From Octopus sinensis (Eukaryota), in assembly GCF_006345805.1 (NCBI RefSeq), contig NC_043009.1, positions 49,290,001 to 49,354,000 of the forward strand: 64,000 nt of DNA, in the 5' to 3' direction. This document shows, in pieces, positions 1 through 13,326 of the stretch. The translations under genes were made by a program, and so were the position numbers. The notes under the pieces were generated by a model that was not told the DNA's origin, ran no database searches, and worked only from the letters and a program-made list of their open reading frames with translations. Numbering within the stretch: the stretch's first letter is position 1; the number at the start of each line of letters is the position of its first letter.

Positions 1-178
1 TGCTGGAGCACTGCCTTTAGTCGAGCAAATCAACCCCAGGACTTATTCTTTGTAAGCCTAGTACTTATTCTATCGGTCTGTTTTGCCGAACGACTAAGTT
101 ACGGGTATGTAAACACACAACCATCGGTTGTCAAGCGATGTTGGGGGTACAAACACAGGCACACAAACATATACACTC

Positions 179-215
<37 letters not shown>

Positions 216-405
216 TATATAAATATATTTGAATATATACATATATACAACGGGCTTCTTTCAGTTTCAATCTACCAAATCCACTCACAAGGCTTTGGTC
301 GGCCTGAGGCTATAGTAGAAGACACTTGCCCAAGGTACCATGCAGTGGGAGTGACCCCGGAACCATGTGGTTCGTAAGCAAGCTACTTACCACACAGCCA
401 CTCCT
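1..405 (-). mobile_element. SINE family A copy (tRNA-like head, internal (TA)n tract), 3' end cut by window edge
   Basis: Reverse complement matches the ~410-bp repeat at 20055-20466 (head ggagtggctgtgtggtaagtagcttgc, B-box-like ggttcagtccc); more than 12 copies in the window. Confidence 0.85.
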
Positions 406-1242
406 GTTAATGTTTTAAAAACTGAAAGAGGAATCTGAAAGAAACAAGCAGACAAAAATCAGAGAGCATCTGCATACTGGTTGGACTTTCTAGAAGCAAC
501 ACCAAAAATCTGTCTCATATCACAACTCACTGTTTTTAACGATTGAAGGCGGAATCTGAAAGGAGAAAATGAACGCAAAGAGGTTGGTCAGGATTGGAAG
601 ATCTTTGACCATAGGTCTGCTCTTGAATAAAGATGAGCTTGGATAAACAACAACAACAATAACAACAAACTAACCAACTACCCAACAAGCCAACCAGTTC
701 TTAGTAACCAAATATTATTTCTTCGTAATTCCTTAAAATTCCTACAGCTTGTCAAAGAAGAAAGATATTTGAGTGGATCAAAAGGCTTTGAAGAATTACA
801 AATTTTCTTTGCTCTTGAGATCTCCTCAACCAATTTTCAGTAGGGTTTACAAGAACCCAAAACTCTCAGAATCTCTCTTTTTTCTTTCTTTTTTCTTTTT
901 TTTTTTTTTTTGGTTCCTTATTTCCTTAAAATTCCCTTAAACTGACTGATTTTCTAAGAATCATATTTCATTTATAAAAGAATCATGTTAATCCCAGAAC
1001 AAGACAACTTCACAAGATTCTCTAGATGTCTTCTAGTTAACCAAACCAAAGATCCGTTCTTCTTTTCTTACTTTCTTTCCTTTTTTTTCTTCTTCTTTCA
1101 TACTGAAGAAACTATCAGATGTGTGAATATTGATCCATGTTCAAACAGACATCCGATAATTTTACAAATGTAAGCAACATCTTGGAAGGTTCATGGGTGA
1201 GGCTGAGGAGAAACTGAAGTAGATCAGAAAAAGGTGACTACT

Positions 1243-1600
1243 ATGATGATGATGAGGATGATGGTGGTGGTGGTGGTGGTGGTGGTGGTGGTGGTGGTGA
1301 TGATTATGATGAGGAGGATGACATTGACCATGTCAATAATGATAATGATAATGATGATGACGAGGATAATAATGATGATGATGGTGATTGTGGTGGTGGT
1401 GGTAGTCACCATCACCACCACCACCACCACCACCATCATCATCATTGTCATCATCACCATCATAATCATCATCATCATTGTTATCATCGCTATCATCATC
1501 ATCATCATTATCGTCATCATCATTATCACCATCACCATCATCATCACAACCACCACCACCGTAACCACCACAACCACCACCACCATCATCATCATCATTA
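1243..1600. repeat. Compound (GAT)/(GGT)/(CAT)/(CAC) trinucleotide microsatellite
   Basis: Direct reading; explains the poly-M/I/T/D ORFs. Confidence 0.95.
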
Positions 1601-2193
1601 TAATCTAACACACCTTTTTCCATGCTGGCTTGGGTTAAACAGTTTTTTCAACAGGATCCGATGGGTCCAAGAACTGCATCGCGCTCCAGTATCTTCTTTG
1701 GCCTGGTTTCCACAACTGGATGCCCTTCCTAATGCCCAACCACTTTATAGCACATATACTCAGTGCTTTTATCATGCGATCAACACTATTGATTCTGGCG
1801 ACCGTAAAGAAGGATTGTGATGTCCAAGACTTTCCCAATATTTTTAACTGAAGATGTGAAAACCATCATACCACTGGATGTCATTAATTCAACAATATCA
1901 TAAATACCACCTTTTATTCAACAGCCATTTCTATTAATAACATTAGTTTAGCAATAATATAAATTTACTCTCCTTCCATGACAATCCTATCTTATTTTTA
2001 ATTTTGGAACAATTTTTCTTCGCATTTACTTTTTTTTAATATATATACTATAGTGCAATTTGAGTGATATTTAGCTGCTGTTTTTACCAGGTTGAGTATC
2101 CACATAGAAGCTCCCTCAATGGCTTGACTACACATATATTGAAGTGGATTGTACTACTTTGTGGTATCTATTTACAGTTTAGTAGACTGTACC

Positions 2194-2426
2194 TATTTCT
2201 TTACTACCCACAAGGGGCTAAACACAGAGAGGACAAACAAGGACAGACAAACGGATTAAGTCGATTATATCGACCCCAGTGCGTAACTGGTACTTAATTT
2301 ATCGACCCCGAAAGGATGAAAGGCAAAGTCGACCTTGGCGGAATTTGAACTCAGAACGTAACGGCAGACGAAATACTGTTAAGCATTTTGCCCAGCGTGC
2401 TAACGTTTCTGCCAGCTCGCCGCCTT
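2194..2426 (-). mobile_element. SINE family B (B1 tail), full length with 17-bp TSD
   Basis: Head ggcggcgagctggcagaaacgttagc, B-box-like gagttcaaattcc; TSD gtttagtagactgtacc at 2177-2193 and 2427-2443. Confidence 0.9.
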
Positions 2427-2759
2427 GTTTAGTAGACTGTACCATTGCTGAGACCTATGTGTTTTTGTCATAGACATAATGTAACCCTTAGGAAAGGAAA
2501 TATACTGACAAACACCGAAGAGGATTGCCTTGTAGCCAAAGTAATTGAGGACATCCACCTCTTCAATATCTCCATTTCTCTCTCTCTCATTCTCTCTCCT
2601 TTCTCTCTTTTCCTCAGGTGTATGTTGTTACTTAGAACTAAATAAGGCCAAATTATGCAGACCTACAATCAAAATTGTTCCAGACATGACCAACCCAACT
2701 TCTTAGTAGGCATAGCCTCCCTAGGACTGCATTATTCAAAATAGTAGTCCTGTGGTTTA

Positions 2760-3082
2760 ACCAGCACTCCATCGGTTACAACAACATGTGTTCCAGCTGA
2801 TCCGATCAACAGAACAGCCTCATGAAATTAATAAGCAAGAGGCCGAACGCTCCACAGACATATGTACCTTCCCTTAATGTATTTTTTAAGACAGATTAAG
2901 TGTGACTCAGAATGTGACAAGGGTGACCCTTTGAACTATAGGCACAACCCACTTTTGCCAGTTGAGTGGATAGGAGCAAAGTGAAATAAAGTGTTTTGCT
3001 CAAGGATACAAGGAATTGCTGGGAATTGAACTCATGATCTTGCGATTGTAAACCAAATACCCTTAAGTCATGTGCTCTCACA
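2760..3082 (-). mobile_element. Diverged tRNA-like SINE (family H)
   Basis: Minus strand has a B-box-like gagttcaattccc followed by ccttgagcaaaacactttatttcac, similar to the head region of the copies at 26405 and 42921. Confidence 0.5.
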
Positions 3083-3477
3083 GTCCTGTGATCTAGAGGA
3101 CACTTGGCAGATATTTCTAACAGACCACAAGGAAATTCTGTAATGTTGCCTTGTGGTTGCCTTGTGGTTGACTGAACCGATTCCTGATTCCAGATTCAGA
3201 AGAAACACTGGTAGAAGAGAGAGAAACATGTCTTGGGGTGGAATGCTAGAATAGCATAAGTAATTTCCCAAGAATTTCTAGTTCTTACAACTGAAGGAAC
3301 TGAGGAACAGGGAATAGAATCTGGCACCCAATAAATAATAAACTGCTTTAACTTGATTTGAACTCTCAGTGCATGAAAATGGTATCCAAGTATTTTATCC
3401 ACTCAACCATTTTAATTCTCTCTGTTTCTTTACCCAGTCTGTTCTCTCTCTCTTTCTTTCTCTGCATATATATATAT

Positions 3478-3735
3478 ATCATCATCATCATCATCATCAT
3501 CGTTTAACGTCCGTTTTCCATGCTAGCACGGGTTGGACGGTTCGACCGGGGTCTGGGAAGCCAGGGGCTGCATCAGGCTCCAGTCTGATCTGGCAGAGTT
3601 TCTACAGCTGGATGCCCTTCCTAACGCCAACCACTCCGCGAGAGTAGTGGGTGCTTTTTACGTGCCACCTGCACAGGTGCCAGGGGAGTCCGGCATCGGC
3701 CACGATCGGTTGGTGCTTTTAACATGCCACCAGCA
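3478..3735 (-). mobile_element. SINE family C with (GAT)n tail
   Basis: Matches 6310-6575, 34472-34640, 39615-39930 and 46047-46330; motif tggttggcgttaggaagggcatccagc. Confidence 0.85.
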
Positions 3736-3749
3736 TATATATATATATA

Positions 3750-5036
3750 TTAGGCTGAGTAAAAAGTAAGCAACATTTTGAAACATGAAATTCATCACAA
3801 TATATTTTAACAATGCAGAAATTTTATTCCTCAAAGTAAGTACCATTACAATCAACACATTTTTGCCAATGCAATACAAGTTTGTTTATTCCGCCAACAT
3901 AAAAATCTAGAGTTTTGGAGCTGATGAACTCTTTGAATGCACTTTCAGCATCGGTTTGATTTCTGAATTCCTTCTCTCACAGGAAACCATCAAGGTGCTT
4001 GAAAAAGTGGAAGTCGGTAGAAGAAAGGTCTGGTGAATAAGCTGGGTGGGGAAGAACTTTGTAGCCAAGTTCCCTCAACTTCTGGAGTGTCATTAGTGAA
4101 ACATGTGGTCAAGCATTGCTATGAAGAATGATTGGCCCTCTTCTGTTGACCAGTGGAAGGGTAGCAGTTTTTCATCCATTTTGACAATTTCGTGGCAATA
4201 TGTTTCAGCAGTAAAGGTTTTTCCGGGTTTTAAGAAATTATAGCGGATGAGTCCAACAGTACACCGCCGAATAGTCACCATAACCTTCTTTTTGATGAGT
4301 TCAGGCTTAGGGAAGGTTTACGGTGCTTCATTTTGGTCCACCCACTGTGAAGAATGTTTTTATTATTGTACAGAATCCACTTTTCATCACAAGTCACAAT
4401 ACAGTCAAGAAACGGACTGGTCTGATTACGGAAAAAAAGCAAACTTTATATTGGTGCATTTTCTGATTTTCATTCAAATCAAGTGGTACCCATTTGGTGT
4501 GGTACCCATTTGTTGAGCTTTTTTGATTTTCTGATCACATGAAAATAGTTGCAGGAAGTTTTCTGACTAACTTGAAGTTCTTTTGCCAGTTCTCAAGTGG
4601 TTTTATGTGGATCTTTCTCAATGACAGTTTTTAATCAACTATCATCGATGACAGTTGGATGTCCACTATGCTCACGATTTTCATGGCTCAGGACTACAAT
4701 GCAAAATCGTTTAAATCATTTTCAAGCTGACCACTCACTGGCCATTTCCTTACCAAACATTTCGTTGATATTGTGAGCAGTTTCAGCTGCTTTAAATCCT
4801 TTTTTGAAGTTGAATAGCAAAATTGCTTGAATATCGCGATTTAACAGTTCTATTTCAGATGATTGTAACTGTGGTGAAAAAAAATCAACGTTAATTTATT
4901 TCTACATTTGGGCAAGTCTATGTCTATATAATCAGGCAATTGCGAAAAAAGGTTTAAAAAAAAATTCAAAACTCTGCAAAAATTCGGTACAAATTCTTCA
5001 TGGTTCAAAACGTTACTTACTTTTTACTCAACCTGA
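3750..5036 (-). mobile_element. Full-length decayed mariner (DD34D) DNA transposon, 1287 bp
   Basis: TIRs ttaggctgagtaaaaagtaagcaacattttgaa (3750-) and ttcaaaacgttacttactttttactcaacctga (-5036); TA TSDs 3748-3749 and 5037-5038; minus-strand peptides KGFKAAETAHNINEMFGKE, KWVP and LHSNA*PH...YSPDLSSTDFHFFKHL with 34-residue spacing; stops and frameshifts. Confidence 0.95.
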
Positions 5037-5099
5037 TACCCGTATGTCTTCCACAAATGTAAGTTGAAACATCCTGACCAAGTTGTAAGGAAATGGCGT

Positions 5100-5203
5100 A
5101 TTAAATATACATACATATATATGTCTGTGTGTGTGTGTATTTAATTCATCATTTATATATACACATACATGCATATATGTATATGTATATATATATATGC
5201 ATA

Positions 5204-5244
<41 letters not shown>

Positions 5245-5268
5245 ACATGTATACATGTATGTATATAT

Positions 5269-5316
<48 letters not shown>

Positions 5317-5707
5317 CATGCACACATGTATACATAGATATATATATATATATATACATATATATATTATATATATATACATATATATATTTATATATAT
5401 ATACATATATATATTTATATATATTATATATATATATATGTATATATATGTATAAATATATTTACATGCATATATGTATATATTGGTGATATACATATAT
5501 ACATACATGTATGTGTATGTATATAAATATATATATATATACATACACATATATAAAAAAATTTTCACTGACATACATAAATACATATATATATATACAC
5601 ACACACGTATACATATACTTAAGCATACACATTGCCACAATGTGTGTGTGTGTTTTGTATATAGGCATGTATGCACGAATGAACACACACACACACATAC
5701 ACATACA

Positions 5708-5758
<51 letters not shown>

Positions 5759-5775
5759 ACACAGAAAAAGAGAGA
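5100..5775. repeat. (TA)n/(CA)n compound microsatellite
   Basis: Direct reading. Confidence 0.95.
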
Positions 5776-6152
5776 GAGACCAGGCAACACATGCAAGCTA
5801 CTTCCTGATTTCCTGATTGCTGAAAGAAGACTGACAAGAACAGTCAAAACTACCAATTCCAGCTGTAATGAATGAGAAAACACAGAGAAAATCATTCCCA
5901 GGATTCTTTTGATGGAACTTCACGAACCAATGTGGGAGCCTCTGCATGGTCAACTGAACTGCTAAAAACCACAGCCAAATTTCCTTTAACCATGCCTTAC
6001 GGTCTAAACAGTTATATACTGTATGCTACTGAATATTCTACTATATGTTTGAGTAAAAGATGTGATGGTCACAGCTGGATTGATCATAGGTTTGCCAAGT
6101 TAAGTAACCAGACATAAAGGACCTGATTTTTTAAAAAAATAAGTACTAGATT

Positions 6153-6305
6153 GGATTGGCTGTGTTGTAAGTAGTTTGCTTCCGAACCACATGGCTCCAG
6201 GTTCAGTCCCACTGCATGACACCTTGGGCAAATGTCTTCTACCATAGCCTTGGACTGACCAAAGCCTTGTGAGTGGATTTGGTAGATGGAAACTGAAAGA
6301 AGCCT
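6153..6305 (+). mobile_element. SINE A 5' half
   Basis: Matches the head half of 20055-20210. Confidence 0.75.
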
Positions 6306-6309
6306 GTTA

Positions 6310-6575
6310 TCATCATCATCATCGTCTAACATCCGTTTTCCATGCTAGCACGGGTTGGACGGTTTGACCGGGGTCTGGGAAGCCAGGAGGCTGCACTAGG
6401 CTCCAGTCTGATCTGGTAGTGTTTCTACAGCTGGATGCCCTTCCTAACGCCAACCACTCCGTGAGTGTAGTAGGTGCTTTTTATGCGCCACCGGCACAGG
6501 TGCCAGGGGAGTCTGGCAGCGACCACGATCGGTTGGTGCTTTTTACGTGCCACCAGCACAGAAGCCAGTCAACTA
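6310..6575 (-). mobile_element. SINE C copy
   Basis: Near-identical to 3490-3735. Confidence 0.85.
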
Positions 6576-7334
6576 CATTGTCTTTTCCTGCTTTTTTTCT
6601 TTCAAGCAGTGGAATGCAATCAGATGTGGCTGCTATTTCTAGCATACAGATCCTTCCTTCTTAACCTGTGCTACCATGAAATTGTTGCTGCTGCTGCTTT
6701 TGTTGTTGTTGTTGTTGTTAAGCCTTAGGCCAGTCAGTCTTGATGGAGCAGGCCTATGATCAAAGGTAAATCTATCCATGACCTTCTCGTCTTTTTTTTT
6801 TTTTTCAATATACAGTAAACTCAGTACCACGTTTATCTAATGTGTCGCTTTCTCTTAAAGACAGAACAGAGAGCGATATGAGAGAGATTTAGCTGCTATT
6901 TCAAGCATACACCCTTGTCAGCTCATGCTGCTGAGTGATGCATCAATCAGGTGAAATTCCAACTTCACCCAACTTCTTTTGTCCTGAAATATATTTATTT
7001 ATTTATTTATTTATTTATTTACTTATTTATCTTCCCTCACTCCACCCTCTACACCCCAGACACACCTCTACCCTACATCATATCCCCCTCCACACCAGCT
7101 TTCCTCCAGAATCTTTCTCACAGAGAATTTCAACCAACATCAGAAATATCATATAGCCATTAAGACAATAACTGGTAAATTCTTCAGCAACAGTCGCTCG
7201 GCTTTCTTCAGCTTCTGTTGTTTGTTTGTTTGTTTGTTGTTAGTTTTTCTTTCAGAACTTTTCTTAGCTAATTGGTGTCTTTGTTGTGTTACTTTCCAAG
7301 AATTTGGAAGTTATATATTATTACTTGTGTGTGT

Positions 7335-7380
<46 letters not shown>

Positions 7381-7886
7381 ATCCTAAAAGAATATACAAT
7401 GATACTACATAAATGTGTGTGTCTATGTGTATGTATATGTGTGTGTATGTATGTATGTATGTGTGTGTATGTGAGTGTATGTGTGTGTGTATACGTGTGT
7501 TTGCCATCCTAATTAGGACTGTCTCTCTAAAGGAATGTGGAAGTAAAGTTAGTTAAAATGGAATAGCAGAGTGTCAAGATAAATGCCTTATTTTGTTTTT
7601 TTTATATGTTCTACATTCTAGTCCCACCAGATTCAGCCTCATCTTTCTCAGCCCTTTTAGAGTCAGCAAAATCAGTCCCAGTATTATATTAGCCCTTGGA
7701 GTTCAAATGCCGGTTTTTCCTTTTGGGGTTGATAAAATAAGCACCAGTTAGACATCGGGGTCAATGTAATCATGAAGCACACACACACACACCCAAAATT
7801 GCTGGCCTTGGACCAAAATTTGAAACTAATATCATATTAACCCTTTTGATACAAATACTCCTGGGTCTGCTCATAGTCCTATGATA

Positions 7887-8838
7887 CCCTTATTGTTTTT
7901 AGTCTTCATAAATGACTTGCCCAACGACCTCACGCAACACACCCTTCAATTTGCCGGTGATGTCAAACTGGTCGCTCCTCGCGGTGATATAGATGATCGT
8001 CGTCGATGCCTCCACCAAGTTTGGAGATGGTCTAACGAATGGGACCTGTGTCTGAACGTGTCAAAGTGTTGTCATCTGCCTGTTCGCTCTTCTCCTGCAA
8101 CTCAACTAGATTTCGAGCTGGGTCGTCTGCTGCTGGAGAGGACCGACCAGGTAAAGAACCTGGGTATCTTGGTGGATTCTTCCTTTTCGCCTTTGGCCCA
8201 GTGTGTCCATGCTGCCTACAAAGCACGCAGAGTTCTGTTTTTGATTCGACGGTCATTCGGAATGCTCACAGCAGCCATATTCCTACCGCTCTATGTCACG
8301 CTGGTGAGACCCATATTGGAGTACGGGATTCAAGCCTCTTCTCCTTATCTCCTCAAAGACATACATCATCTCAAAAGAGTCCAGAAGCTGGCTACCCGCA
8401 TGGTTCTTGGTCTCAAGCATTTGTCTTATGAAGGCTGAAGTCGCTCGACCTTTATTCTCCAGAAAAACAACAACGTCGTGGTGATCTCATTCTTGCTCAC
8501 AACATCATAAGCGGAAAGTGTAACCTCTCGAAAGAGCTGTTCTTCACTCCTGCTCCAGAGCGTCGGCTGCGGGGTCACTCCGAAAAGCTATATCTGCGAC
8601 GATTTCATCTCAATCGAAGAAGAGGGGCTTTCTCTGTCCGGGTTGCGGATCCGTGGAATAAGCTGCCGGACGAGATAATGAAGATGCTGACAACCACTCG
8701 GTTCAAAGTCTCTCTTGACCAGAAATGGCCTGAACTCTTTGCATGAACACCCTCTCTGTACATAACTCCATGTCCCCCTACATGGCCTTGCTTTTTGCAT
8801 TTTGAGCCAAAAAATTAACTTGACTTAACTTAACTTAA
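7887..8838 (+). mobile_element. 5'-truncated CR1-type LINE (RT C-terminal part, 3' UTR and (TTAAC)n tail)
   Basis: PLLFLVFINDLP...FAGDVKL...RPILEYG...VQKLATRMV.GLKHLSYE, frameshift near 8435, then RGDLILAHNI...WNKLPDE...FKVSLDQKWPELFA* (stop 8744-8746); tail ttaacttaacttaac; second copy at 30373-30900. Confidence 0.92.
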
Positions 8839-9249
8839 CAAACTTTCTGCTTTCAAGTGACCTAGATTTAATTTATGTTAATTTATGCTTCAATCTACAG
8901 TGGCAAGCTGGCAGAATTAATTAGCATTTCAGGCAAAATACTTAGAAGCATTTCATACATCTTTATATTTGGGGTTCAAGTTCTGCCAAGGTCAGTTTTG
9001 TTTTTTCCCCTATTTTCGAGTCGATAAAATAAGTACCAGTTGAGCACTGGGATAGATGTAATCAACTTTACTGTTTCCCCCAACATTGCTGGCCTTGCAT
9101 CAAAATTTGAAACCAACAGCAACTTGATATGAGAGTTATTTTGATAAATTCTCCTTTATATTCAAAATTCTAATTTGGGGAGGGGGAGGGGGAGGAGGAA
9201 GAGGAGGCAAAAAAGAGAGGAGAAGTAAGCAATAATAAGTGTGACGGTG

Positions 9250-9393
9250 ATGTTGATTGATGACAAAAGTTGCAATGATGATGATCATGATGAGAATGAT
9301 GCCAGTGGAGAGATGTTTATATGGCAGTGATGGTGTTGATGGGATGGTGATGAGGAAGAGAAGGATGATGATCATCATCATCATCATTATCAA

Positions 9394-9429
<36 letters not shown>

Positions 9430-10030
9430 TTTCATGCTCACAATTGTGATCATGTTAACGATGGGGATGATGACGATGATATCAATGATGCAATGATGAT
9501 GATGATGATGATGACGATGATTAAGAGGAGGAGGATGACAACAACAGTGATGATAATGAAGACAACAATGATGATGGTGATGATGACGTTGACAATGATA
9601 TTGATGATGGTGATGATGATGGATACTGACAACACTGATGATGATGACAACAATGATGATGATGGCAATGATGATGATGACATCAACAATAATGATGATG
9701 ATGGTGAATACAACAACAATGATGATGATGATGATGATGATGACGGTGATGACTGTGATGATGATGATCATCATCATCATCATTATCATCATCATTTAAC
9801 ATCCAGTGAAGATAATGACAATGATGGTGATGATAATGATGATAGCAATGATGACAATGATGATGATGACAATGTTGATAATGATGATGATGATGATGAT
9901 GATGATGATGGTGTATATACAACAACGACAACGGTGATGATGATGATGACAACGGTAATGATAATGATGATAACGATGATGCCAATGATGATGATGATGA
10001 TGATTATATGATGACGACAACGATGACGAC
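9250..10030. repeat. Degenerate (GAT)n/(CAT)n array
   Basis: Direct reading. Confidence 0.95.
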
Positions 10031-10439
10031 GGCAGCAATGGAAAAGAAAAAGAAACAAAAGATCTGAGACATTCAACAAAATAACAAACTTAACAAGCCA
10101 CAAACCATCAGAAATATAACTTTTGATTTCATCTTTTCATTTCACTCCCTTTTATTTCCACTTTTCATTGGAGAGCTGGAATGTTAAAAAAAAAAAAAAA
10201 ATCATATTTATTCTTCTATATTTATATATCTATTAATTTATTTATTGATTATTATTGATCGATTGATTTAGATTTTGATTTTTATTTCTATTTTATTTTT
10301 TATTTTTATTTTTATTTCTACTCTTTATTTTGTATCATTTTTTTTTTTGTTTGTCGTGTTATTTTATTTTATTTTAATCATTTTTGTAAAAATTATGAAT
10401 AGCTTCTGGAACTTTGATAGCATGAAAAAGAAAATGGTG

Positions 10440-10704
10440 GACATTATGTGAGTGTGTGTGTGTATGTGTATGCGTGTGTGTGTGTGCGTGTATGTATGTG
10501 TATGTGTGTGAGAGACACTGAGATTGTGTATGTGCATGTATATGTATATGTGCATGTGTGTTTGTGCACATATGCATACATAAATGCATGAGCATACACA
10601 TACATATGTGTACACATGCATATACACACACCCACATAGACACAGACCCACACACACACACATACACTTTATATGCACACCCACGCATATACATATGTAT
10701 ATAC

Positions 10705-10789
<85 letters not shown>

Positions 10790-11199
10790 CTGATACACAA
10801 CCACACACATGTCTAGATTTACATATTATATAGTATACACTAACTTCTCACAAACACATAGACACACACATACACACATATATACACACATGTATATATG
10901 CATATGTAATATATAATAAAATCATGTACCATTCAGTAGAAAGATTCTTTGTGTTGCTGTGTCAAATGTGAAATCACAGTCTGGCACGACCATAATATTC
11001 CAACATCTGATGTGTAATTCTTCTGCAATAAACTGCATTTCCCTTTCTCTCTTCTCTGTCTTTTAAACATTTGATACATGTGTCTGTCTGTTTGTACTCA
11101 TGCGGATATGTATATGCATGTACTTGTATGTGTGCATGCTTGTATCTCTATATGTTTGCATATACATATTCATATACACATCTATCTATCTATCTGTCA

Positions 11200-11237
<38 letters not shown>

Positions 11238-11238
11238 A

Positions 11239-11280
<42 letters not shown>

Positions 11281-11308
11281 GCATATATATGTATATAATA
11301 TATGCATA

Positions 11309-11350
<42 letters not shown>

Positions 11351-11536
11351 TGTATGCATATATATGTGTTTATTATATACTGCATATAATATATATATAT
11401 ATTTGTACTACTGAATAAACAAAAATTGCCAGTGTGTATATGTGTATTGATGCATGTATGTGTATATATGTATGTATGTACATATGTATGCATGTATGTA
11501 TGTATGTATATGTCTCGTATAGATATATTTATTTGC

Positions 11537-11579
<43 letters not shown>

Positions 11580-11640
11580 TGTATAGCATGTGTGTGCATA
11601 CATATTTGCACATATGTGTGTGTTTGTCTATGCGTATGTA
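10440..11640. repeat. (TG)n/(TA)n/(CA)n compound microsatellites
   Basis: Direct reading. Confidence 0.9.
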
Positions 11641-12345
11641 TCTATGTATGTGTATGATTTTCGTTCCAGACATCAAATGCAAAGCAAAAACAAATAAAGA
11701 TTGAAAAAAAAAAACACACGTGCAACATCCATCTCCCACTGACACCACCACCACCACCACCACCATCACCACTACCACCATCACCATCACCACCACCACC
11801 ACCATTGCCACAACTCACCCCGACCTTTGCCTGCTCTCCACACCCGACCCACACCAACACCCACTCCCACGCCCTCATCTCCACCCATGCCCACACCCAC
11901 ACGACAAGTCTTTTCTCTGTCTGTTTCCATGTTTGGCCATAAAACTATTCATTAAGTTGGATTATAGTCAAGATTAATTACTTAATGAATGTCCACCATG
12001 TAATCATAGTACTACTGTAACCTTATCTCTCAACAGTTAGCATATAAAATACTAAATTACCAGATTGCTCTTATTGTTTGTTGTTGTTGTTCTTCTTCTT
12101 CTTCTTCTTCTTGTTCTTGCCCTTGTTGTTGTCGGTGTCCTTGTTACATTTCCATTTTTTTTTACATTATTTCTTTTATTTTATTATTTTTTGGTCAAAC
12201 TGCATTATATTGTAATTTATTTTTTTATTTGTCCAGTTATTTTATTTTGAAATTTTGTTTTGTATATATATATATATATTTATTTGTATATACAACTGAG
12301 TGTCTATACGTTTAAACATACATACATACAAATATATAGATACAT

Positions 12346-12456
<111 letters not shown>

Positions 12457-12774
12457 TGTGTGCGATTGTGTAATGTGTTTTTCAGACATCCTAGCAAAAA
12501 CAGACAAAAAACCCCTACCACTACCAACTCGCTGACCACCAACAAAAACACCAACGCCACCACCATCACCCACCTCTATTTGCTCCTCCACCTCCATATC
12601 CATCATGTATGTATGTTTGCATGTGTGTTGATATGTATATCCGTCGGTGCATGTATGCATGCATGTGGGTAAGTATGGCGGTGTGATTTCATGTGACTGT
12701 TGATGGATGTCCATCAGTACATGTACATCTGTTGCAATGGAACAAGTGTTTCATGTAGGAAATCGTCACCAGAA

Positions 12775-12875
12775 GCAGCAGCAACAGCAGTACCAGCAGC
12801 AGCAACGGTAGTAGTAGTAGTAGTTGTAGTAGTAGTAATAGTAATAGTAGTAGTAGAAACAGCAGCAGCACTAGC

Positions 12876-12934
<59 letters not shown>

Positions 12935-12955
12935 AAACAGCAGCAGTAGCAAGTC

Positions 12956-12994
<39 letters not shown>

Positions 12995-13015
12995 CAGCAG
13001 CAGTAGTAGAAGAGT
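12775..13015. repeat. (TAG)n/(CAG)n microsatellite
   Basis: Direct reading. Confidence 0.95.
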
Positions 13016-13029
13016 AACACCAGTAAGTT

Positions 13030-13250
13030 CCATCCCTCCTCTGACTTTTCCATGAAGACTTCCTCTCCCTCCTCGGAACCAGGAATTCCTCCCCCTCCTC
13101 GGACTTTTCCTTGAAGTTATTCCTCCCCCTTCTTGGAACTTTCCAGGAAGTCCTCCCCTCCTCGGACTTCTCCAGGAAGTTATTGCTTCCCTCCTCAGAC
13201 ATTTCCAGGAAGTCCTTCCTTCCCTTCCTCCTCCTCCTCGGAAGTTTCCA
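13030..13250. repeat. Degenerate ~30-35 bp pyrimidine-rich minisatellite
   Basis: Recurring ctcctcggac(t/a)tttccaggaagt units. Confidence 0.7.
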
Positions 13251-13326
13251 GGGTTTGTATAGTGCTTATTATTATTATTATTATTATATTATTATTATTA
13301 TTATTATTATTATCATCATTATTATT

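Noticed and set aside
1111-1175. Possible small exon (cag|...CVNIDPCSN...|gtaagc) with an EGF-like look
   Set aside because: Too short, cysteine spacing is incomplete, and no partner exons were found.
10698-10785. 88-bp perfect palindrome within a (TA)n tract with mirrored TT/AA
   Set aside because: TT...AA phase shifts in (TA)n are automatically symmetric, the single mirrored C/G could be chance, and other tracts do not repeat it.
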